Assembly: GCA_003568945.1 (NCBI GenBank)
Contig: BDIP01000075.1
Location: 1-33,493, forward strand
Source: Kipferlia bialata
Lineage: Eukaryota
Direction of reading: 5' to 3'
Length of the DNA: 33,493 nucleotides
Positions 25,361-33,493 of this stretch are shown one piece after another; positions within the stretch are counted from its first letter, which is position 1; each line of letters starts with the position of its first letter. Both the position numbers and the translations under genes were made by a program. The notes under the pieces are model-generated. The model did no database searches. It saw nothing but the letters and a program-made list of their open reading frames with translations, and was not told the DNA's origin.

Positions 25361-26641
25361 TCACGTACTTGGAGTGCGAGGAGTAGGGCCAGAACGACCC
25401 CTGCTGCTCTCTCTCTCTGCCTCACGACCCCTCACGCGTCCATCGTCACTACCCCTACTACTCTCTCTCTCTGCCTCTCTCCCTCTCCCCCCCACTTTTT
25501 TTGCGAGCTTGTCGCTCTTCCCCCCCAGTGTCTCCAGTCCCTCCAGCTCCTCCAGCTCCTCCAGAGCCAGTGGTTCTCTCTCTCTCTCTCTCTCTCTCTC
25601 CCTCTCTCCCTGGTCCATATCATCCACAGACATCGAGAGCTCGACACTCACGTCCTTCTCTGCCTCTACCCCACCTCCTCCGTCATCGACGTTTGAGACG
25701 TCGTCATCCTCACCCAGAGAGACGTTGTTCATCTCTCTCTCCCACTCATCCTCGGCCTGGGGGGTCAGGGACACGCTCTATATGTACAATAAGTATATAT
25801 ACATATCACATATATATTCTGTGTATGTACCTCCTTCTCGGCCAGGGCACGGAGCTCCCTTTCTCTCTGGCTCTCTCTCTCATCGTCCCCTGGGTGCTGG
25901 TCCATGGGCACTGCCCCTCTCTCTCTCCCGCCCATTGGGGCAGGTGAGACAGAGGGAGAGGGAGAGGCAGCAACGGCCAGCAGAGAGGTGGGACCGTCAG
26001 CCTTAGCCTCTCTCTCTCTCTCCCTTCCCTTTCCCTTCTCCTTGCGGGTGGGTGTACGGGGTGGGACCAGTCTGCTCCGTCTGGCAGGTGACTGCGCCTG
26101 GCGCTCCCTCTCCCTCTCCTGCCGCATGTGGGCCCGTCTCTCTCTCTCCCTGTCCCGGGTCTGGGGGGTGGACGGGTGGGCCTGGAAGTCAGAGAAGAGT
26201 CCATATATAAATCGAAAATCAATCTTAGAACTAATCTATAGGATCAATCCTAGAATCAATACCTGGAGGTCTGCGACCTTGTCCTGTAACTCTCCTACAG
26301 TGCCCCGGAGGGCAGCAATCTTCCTCTTGTGTGCCCCACACTCTAGACAGGTGGAGGACTGACACATTAGAATATCTACACTCACAACACATTTTAAGAT
26401 ATGATTAGTAATTCATATAATCATCTGGGGAACCCTATGCAAACATGAATAATACGCTCGCCAAATAGGAGGAGTCTAGAAATAGGAGAGTCACATTACC
26501 TGTACCGCCTTGTATGTAGCCAGCTCTCTGCTCTGCACATCGTATCTGGGGAGTGAGAGGGAGCAACAAATGGGGAGCAGATATACTCACCGCCAAAGAA
26601 TTATTCAGATACTGAGTTACCGGACATTGCAGATACATACT

Positions 26642-26674
<33 letters not shown>

Positions 26675-28596
26675 GGCTTCCCCACCTGTGCTGCAGCCAC
26701 TCGTACTTGGCCCTGAGTGTAGATGGCTTCCCGCTCTTCTTACTCCGCTTGGTCCCCTTCTTGGGAGGGAGTCTGGAGTCAGGGAGACCCGGCCTCCGCT
26801 TGACATACCCTTGCAGGGTGTCATTCCTACAGTAAGGGTGTAGATACAGAAAAGACACAGCTTAGAGCAAACAAAGTGCGGCATTAGAACACTTTAAACG
26901 GTGATAGATGCATACCTAAAGAGGGGCTTGGAGAGAGATGCGAGGAGAGAGCTGAGGCTGCCTGGGGTCTCAGGGGCCGGGGAGGCACTGCGCCTCTCCC
27001 CCCCTGCCTGGGCGCTGTCTAGCCGCTTGAGGAGGTCCTCCCCCTATAGGGTTAGATCTTGTACAGGTATAACACTAAACACGGATACAGTAATACTGCA
27101 TAATGATGCATACTGTCAGCTATATATGTATACCTTCTGGAGCTGTAGCGCGGCATCACGGAGTGCGTTTCCGGCTGCTGTGACGCCTGCACTAATGGCT
27201 GAGACTGCCTCCATAACCTGTGTCTTAGTACACTAAATAGTACAGGTGTACATTCTTAGCATCTGTGTATCATTCTCGTAATTAGCAAATTCTTGTATGA
27301 TATGTATCCATACCTCTGAGTACCCATTGAGCTTGGCAGCAGGGAGGGCATATGCTAAGGGGTGAGTATGGGTAATGGGGTGATATCTCCTTAAATCAAT
27401 ACTACATGTACATATAATATACAAATATACCTGGGCGCGATGGCCCCCCATCGGGTCTGTCCACCACGGGCTGGACCTCACAGGAGAAGGCCTCGACTGA
27501 CCTGTCATAGTTGGCAACACGGTCCACTGAGGGTAAGAGAGAGAGGTAAGAGAGAAGACTATGGCAAGGAGAATGGAGTAGAAGGGACACTCTGGCAAAC
27601 GCACCCAACTCCACACCGCTAACACTGGGACGGCTAGAAAGGCCCATTGGCGTGGACGGGCGGCCAGTAGAAGGCCTTGCTCTGGGGTGAGAGAGTGGGA
27701 AGTGGCGGGGAGAATGGAAACATACATACACATGCAGTGCATACCTGTGACAATGCCTCTCCTCTCTCAGTAGTGCGTGGCCCTGCTCAATAAGGTCGTT
27801 GGAGCTGGGGGTGAGAGCCAGATTCAAGAAGTACAAGGCAAAGGCATGGCCTATATATATAGGCAGGGAAACCAGGAAGTGACAACAACAAATAGACACA
27901 GAGGGTGGGGGGTGGTATACAATACTAGAGCGTGGCATAAGCCATATCCACAGACAATGGCAGGTAAGAGTGAATATTGCTGCACCAGAGGTGCACATTG
28001 CATATATGTGTATATACAATTTCTGGGTACCTGTTCAACAGTGAGCTCACTTGGCTACCCCTGCCCGACCGAGGCCTCTCTGCCGCAGAGGCCTCAATAC
28101 TGTCACGCAGCTTCTCCTCGGAGGCCCCGATTGATGCCAAGAGCTTCTCCACCAGGGAATTGGCAGAGTCGGTGATGGTATGGGCGTGGGATGTTAGAGA
28201 CACTAATGGCTCCTCCACCTCCACACCCTCTAGGGCAGCCCTAAATTCGGACAGCATCTGGTAGTCGTGCTCTATGGCCGCTGTGGGATGGGATGCTGCA
28301 ACAGCCTGCCTCACTGCAGTGGTACGAGTGTCTCTCAGCTGAGCCAGCTTCAACTGGGTGACCATAGCTTGCACCCTAGATAGGGAGGACTGAATACTGG
28401 TGTACTCAATCCTTGACCCTACTGCTGGGCCAGACTGAGACCTGGAGAGATGGGCTAGCGATGATGCTGGCCGACGGGGATGGGAGTGGGGCGTAGACTC
28501 TATCCCCGCTCGACTGGCGGGTCGTCTGCTCTGACGATTGGTACTGGGCAGGCGTCCCCCCCCGCTTCGGAGAGGGGTGGATGCATCCCCTTGCAT
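22811..28596 (-). CDS. Coiled-coil/low-complexity protein with C-terminal WD40 repeats; interrupted by assembly gap, 3' end unresolved
   Basis: ATG at 28596 (MQGDASTP...), then phase-consistent exons with coiled-coil (KIAALRGTVGELQDKVADLQ) and RE-rich segments. WD40 motifs follow: FIAGTAKGNIDVY before the gap and LMASGSYDKSVKIWDIGRDRALRTLSVNAEVHCTAFNPLRRTQVAVGTD after it. Continuity across the gap is inferred. Confidence 0.6.
23003..23200 (-). repeat. Three tandem copies of acceptor + exon start (RDRALRTLS) separated by (GA)n/(TA)n
   Basis: agacagggtgcggagggccctgtccctaggggt at ~23003 and ~23083, with a variant at ~23163; period ~80 nt. Confidence 0.9.
24063..25020. other. Assembly gap (N run)
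   Basis: 958 consecutive Ns, preceded by a (GA)n tract. Confidence 1.
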
Positions 28597-28936
28597 CACT
28601 GAAAACGCTGACACTCTTGCACGCAGAGTTGCGCAACTTGAGAAGAGTGGAGTTTTGAATGTTGACAAAGCCAAAAATATCTATAAACCCTGATCGGGGG
28701 ACATCTTCGCTGATTCAGGCCGAAACAAGTACCATCATTAGAGCCTCTATGGTGTTCGCACCAATAGAGGATGAATAGAGGAAAGCCTATTCAAAAGGTC
28801 AGACTCCACTAGAGCACACACCCGAATTTCGTGCCCAACTCCCTAGTTAGTAATCACTCAATGCATAAGATTCAATTTCCAACACCAACAACAAACGAAT
28901 ACTCTGGATGTCTATTCAACGAAACCGGCAGGACAA

Positions 28937-29420
28937 TTACTCGGCCTTCTTGGCGGAGGTGTCTGGGGTTAATACAAATTGGGGGAGACAGGTAAGCGAC
29001 CGAAACCCATATCTAGCTAAATGATACGTACTGTACTTGAATCCGTTGTGGAAGCGCTTGTCGACAGTCTTAAGGTGAGCGCAACGGCCGGTTCCCTGGG
29101 TTCTTCTGCGGAGAGCCTTGTAAGCCCAGTTGTCTGGAGTGAGAAGAGAGGAAAAAAGGAACGCATCGAAAACCAAAGTAAAGCACAACACGTACACTTC
29201 CTGAGCCTGCTCTTGGGGAAAGCGCAGGAAGAGCACTCCTTCTTCTGGATGTGGAAAGAGTGGCCACCGCACCTGGGGCACAGAGCGTGGAGCTTCATGT
29301 GGCGCCTACCAGCGGAGTATGTTCCCTTAGTCTGCCGTCAGAACCCAATAAAAGCACCTACCACAAGCCAACGCCCGCAAACCTCTCTATCCCACCAATA
29401 ACACAAGCAACACTCACCAT
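28937..29420 (-). CDS. RPL37: 60S ribosomal protein L37 (eL37); exons 29420-29418, 29331-29196, 29133-29032, 28962-28937
   Basis: Spliced: [88 protein letters not shown]. Contains the C2-C2 zinc finger and the YNW...RRR.GTGR motif. Confidence 0.97.
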
Positions 29421-29653
29421 CTCTTACTACAATACTCAGAAAACCAGCATTCCACCACAGCTTGTGATCGCCTCTGCTTTCAGTTTCGGAGTTTCCGGTC
29501 GGAGAGTCGGCGAGAACCTTTTTGTGAGTGTGATAAACATTGTCTTTGGCGTTGTTCAGTTCCTTGAGAGGCTACACCCTTATGCAATTCAGCGAGTCTG
29601 TGAGATATGACAACAGCAGTGAGTGATACGTTTTCTCGTGAGACAAGTCAGAG
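29421..29653. promoter_or_regulatory. Putative bidirectional promoter between RPL37 and EF-2
   Basis: 233 bp between divergent ATGs of two translation genes. Start contexts are near-identical (AGTAAGAGATGG vs AGTCAGAGATGG). Confidence 0.6.
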
Positions 29654-32230
29654 ATGGTTAATTTCACAGGTATGTGGTGTTTATGTGTGTTGTATCGGTA
29701 CCTATATGGGTTTTATTGTCATTTCTAACCCCTAGTCGAGCAGATGCGTGAGGTTATGGACCACACGGACAGGATCCGTAACATTTCCGTGATTGCTCAC
29801 GTCGATCACGGAAAGTCCACCCTGACTGACTCCCTGATCGCTGCCGCTGGTATCATCTCCATGGGACGTGCCGGAAACGCCCGTTTCACTGACACCCGTT
29901 CCGATGAGCAGGAGCGTTGCATCACCATCAAGTCCACCGGTGTGTCTCTGTACTACGAGTTCGCCATGGAGGAGGAGAAGGAGGGATACCTCATCAACCT
30001 CATCGACTCCCCAGGCCACGTTGACTTCTCCTCTGAGGTTACCGCTGCTCTCCGTGTGACTGACGGTGCTCTTGTTGTCGTCGACGCCATCGAGGGTGTG
30101 TGTGTGCAGACTGAGACCGTTCTGCGCCAGGCTCTTGGAGAGCGTGTGGTGCCCGTGCTCATGCTCAACAAGGCTGACCGTGTCATCCTTGAGCTCCAGC
30201 TCTCTCAGGAGGAGGCTTACCAGTCATTCTGCCGTACCATCGAGACTGTGAACGTGCACATCGCCACCTACCAGGACGAGGCCATCGGCAAGGACCTCTG
30301 CGTCGGACCCATGGAGGGAACCGTTGCTTTCGGATCTGGACTCCACGGATGGGGATTCACCCTCAACAAGTTCGCTGAGATGTACTGCGGCAAGATGGGC
30401 TCCGAGAAGAAGGACAAGTTCCTCAACAACCTCTGGGGAGACCGTTTCTTCAACAAGAAGACCAAGAAGTGGGGCAAGAAGCAGCACTCTGCCGAGGGCA
30501 AGGAGCTCCCCCGTGGATTCTGCATGTACATCCTCGACCCCATCTACAAGCTCTTCGACGTCGTCATGCACGAGCGCACTGAGGAGTGGACCGCCATGTG
30601 CGCCAAGCTCGGAATCAAGCTCAACGCCGACGAGCGTGAGCTCCGTGGAAAGCACCTCCTCAAGAACATCATGCAGAAGTTCCTCCCCGCCGCCGAGGCC
30701 CTCATTGAGATGATCATCAAGTACCTGCCCTCCCCCAGGCAGGCCCAGAAGTACCGTGTCGAGACCCTCTACACCGGACCCATGGACGACGAGGCCGCTG
30801 AGGCCATCCGTCAGTGTGACAAGAACGGTCCCCTCATGCTCTACATCTCCAAGATGGTTCCCACCTCCGACAAGGGCCGTTTCTACGCCTTCGGCCGTGT
30901 GTTCTCCGGAACCGTTGCCACCGGCCAGAAGGTCCGTATCCTCGGAGCTGACTACGTCCCCGGCAAGAAGAAGGACCTCACCATCCGTTCCATCCAGCGC
31001 ACTGTGCTCATGATGGGAAGGGCCACTGAGATGATCGATGACTGCCCTTGCGGTAACACCATCGCCCTTGTCGGTATCGACCAGTACATCGTCAAGAACG
31101 GTACCCTCACCACCCTCGAGTCCGCTCACTGCATCCGTGCCATGAAGTTCTCTGTCTCCCCAGTTGTGCGTGTTGCCGTTGAGGCCAAGAACCCCTCCGA
31201 CCTCCCCAAGCTCGTTGAGGGACTCAAGAGGCTCGCCAAGTCCGACCCCTGTGTGCAGTGCTACACCTCCTCCACCGGAGAGCACGTTGTTGCCGGTGCC
31301 GGAGAGCTCCACCTTGAGATTTGCCTCAAGGACCTCCAGGAGGATTTCTGCGGATTCCCCCTCAAGATCTCCAACCCCGTTGTGTCCTACATGGAGTCCA
31401 TCTCTGGATCCTCCGACCACGTCACCATGGGCAAGTCCGCCAACAAGCACAACCGTATCCACTTCGAGTGCCACCCTCTCCACGAGGACCTCGTGACTGC
31501 CCTTGAGACCGGCGCCCTCGGACCCTCCACCGACAAGAAGGAGATGGCCCGTGAGCTCGTCAACAAGTACGAGTGGGACTCCGATGATGCCAAGAAGATC
31601 TGGGGATTCGGCCCCCACGGACGTATCTCCAACCTTCTGGTTGACTCCTCCAAGGGAGTGCAGTACCTCCACGAGATCAAGGACCACGTCCACTCTGGAT
31701 TCCAGCGTGTGTGCGAGGCCGGTGCTCTCTGTGAGGAGGAGCTCACTGGAGTTGCCTTCCACCTGATGGACGCCACCCTTCACCCTGATGCCGTTCACCG
31801 TGGAGCTCCCCAGGTCATGCCCGCCACCAGGCGTGCTTGCCTCTCCGCCATCCTCTGTGCTGACCCCATCCTCCTCGAGCCCTTCTTCCTTGTGGAGATC
31901 GCCGCCCCCGAGACTGCCATCGGTGGAATCTACTCCGCCCTTTCTTCTCGCCGTGGACACGTGTTCTCTGAGGAGCAGCGCCCAGGCCAGCCCATCCTTA
32001 CCGTCAAGGCTTACCTCCCTGTCGGTGAGTCCTTCGGATTCGATGCCGCCCTCCGTGCCGCCACCGGAGGCCAGGCCTTCCCCCAGTGTGTGTTCCACCA
32101 CTACGGACCCATCAACTCCGACCCTCTTGCCGACGGCTCCCAGGCCAACGAGCTCGTCATCGAGATCCGTGAGCGCAAGGGCCTCAAGTCCGCCGTGCCC
32201 ACCTGCTCCGACTACGAGGACCGCCTGTAA
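29654..32230 (+). CDS. EEF2: Eukaryotic translation elongation factor 2; exons 29654-29669 and 29736-32230
   Basis: MVNFT|VEQMREVMDHTDRIRNISVIAHVDHGKSTLTDSL, DEQERCITIKST, NLIDSPGHVDF, GAGELHLEICLKDL, diphthamide loop DAVHRG, GQAFPQCVF, C-terminus YEDRL. One phase-1 GT-AG intron at 29670-29735. Confidence 0.99.
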
Positions 32231-32475
32231 GGCTTGTGCAGCCTAGACATGTTGACGTGTGGAATAGATAGAATATATTATTGATGCTTGTTCTTGGTGT
32301 TGTATGTTGGTGTTTGCTTTGTGTATTGAATGTGTGTTGTTGCTGTGTGCGTGTCAAAGCCGTCATTCAAAGCCTCTATTCTCCTGTTACTTGACACACA
32401 ACACGCAAAACGACAACACAGTGACACTAATGAACACCACACAGACTGTCTGTGACAGACACCTCTCGACACTCT

Positions 32476-33430
32476 CTACCTCCGGCCATATGACCTCCAT
32501 CCCTTCAACACCTGGTGTGAGTCACTCCAATATCCATACAGTCACACACTACGTATCGCTCCTACTAAGAGTCCCACCTGCACCCATCCGTTCTCAAAGG
32601 ACCGCACCCCCTCTGCCCCCCAGCGGATGTTGGTCAGGGCCTCCAGCCTCTCCTTGCGCTTGCCAGCAGGGGGCGGGGCATCGGAGCCTGGGGTAGGGAT
32701 ACCGGCCATACAGTATAGAGTATCAGTATTCACTCTCTCTCCCCGGTTTAATATATAGTGTATTCCATGTCAATAATACCGGTTGTCGTATAGTATTGTA
32801 TCTAACCTGGTGGGGCTGCTGCCAGTCTCTGTGCACAGTTTCGGGGAGGGGAGAAGACCTGCCTGTCAGAGCGGCATCAGTATATATGTATACGTCAATG
32901 TGACAGTGTGTATCTGTACCTGGTCTATTGTCAGGGCGAACATGTCATCCAGCAGTCTGGGCAGCAGCTGGTAGGAGACCTGGGGTCAGGGCATATACAC
33001 ACACAGCCATAGACAGCCAGATAGAGTGGTTCCGAGAGAGGGAGACTGTACATCTCACATACCTCACTCTCAAATGCAATGCAGGGGTTGGTGTTGACCT
33101 CGATCAGCGTCATGTTCAGGTCCTCGTCCAGCATCAGGTCATACCTAGTATGAGCACCTATATATAGAGAGAGAATACATATATATACAATACGCACCCG
33201 AAGAGCTCAAAGCTGTTTGTTGTGCCCTGTGTCCCAATCTTGCCAGCCACTGCCAGGAGGGACTGCTTGACAATGTGGGTCATGGCAGGCATGAAGAAGT
33301 CATCAACCTTCCTAGGGATCAGTATAATGTGCTAGGTGTAAATATGATATGCTCATTGGCAGCCTACCTGTCTGTGACTGTCTCCAGGTGGGACAGGGGC
33401 AGCATGCAGTCATTGGGCTGGTAGTCCTCT
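32476..33430 (-). CDS. Tubulin-tyrosine ligase-like (TTLL) polyglycylase/glutamylase family protein, 3' part
   Basis: Spliced: ...MTHIVKQSLLAVAGKIGTQGTTNSFELFG|YDLMLDEDLNMTLIEVNTNPCIAFESE|VSYQLLPRLLDDMFALTIDQ...FENGWVQ|VLKGWRSYGRR*. The catalytic FELFGxD...IEVNxxP motif is intact. The gene continues beyond the window. Confidence 0.9.
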
Positions 33431-33440
33431 GAGGGGTCAG

Positions 33441-33442
<2 letters not shown>

Positions 33443-33493
<51 letters not shown>
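33443..33493. repeat. (GA)n microsatellite, intronic pyrimidine tract of the TTLL gene
   Basis: Perfect AG repeat to the window end, directly upstream (on -) of a CTGACCCCTCAG acceptor. Confidence 0.95.

Noticed and set aside
25392..25485. Duplicated RGREAERESSRG peptide in the WD40 gene
   Set aside because: Ordinary in-frame low-complexity duplication within an exon; not junction-associated.
29032..29037. Alternative RPL37 donor at aa|gtacag
   Set aside because: It would frameshift the last exon; the donor a|gtacgt gives the in-frame C-terminus YNTSAKKAE*.
30224..32101. 625-aa antisense ORF (and alternate-frame S/P/T-rich ORFs) over EF-2
   Set aside because: Shadow of extreme codon bias in EF-2, which avoids TTA/CTA/TCA codons and so lacks antisense stops.

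Overview
Eukaryotic, very intron-dense protist DNA. Introns are GT-AG, ~60-250 nt, with the branch point fused to the 3' splice site (CT[G/A/C]ACCCCCAG), and TA/GA microsatellites are abundant. This style and the EF-2 sequence suggest a free-living metamonad/fornicate such as Kipferlia (inference, not verified). Hand-spliced gene content: a BPI/LBP/CETP lipid-binding protein (+), two small hypothetical spliced genes (+), a bacterial-like MATE transporter (+), a large protein ending in a DUF4241-like domain (+), an LRR + SET-like + degenerate TTL (TTLL12-like) gene (-), a coiled-coil/WD40 gene spanning a 958-N gap (-), RPL37 (-) head-to-head with an almost intronless EF-2 (+), and the 3' end of a TTLL tubulin ligase (-). 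The main unexplained signal: about 20 introns carry internal 'echoes' of their own splice junction (splice site plus ~15-45 nt of the adjacent exon, typically ~50-190 nt from the real site). Many echoes differ from the real exon mainly at synonymous codon positions. Exon structures were inferred by eye from splice signals and reading-frame continuity, without RNA data.
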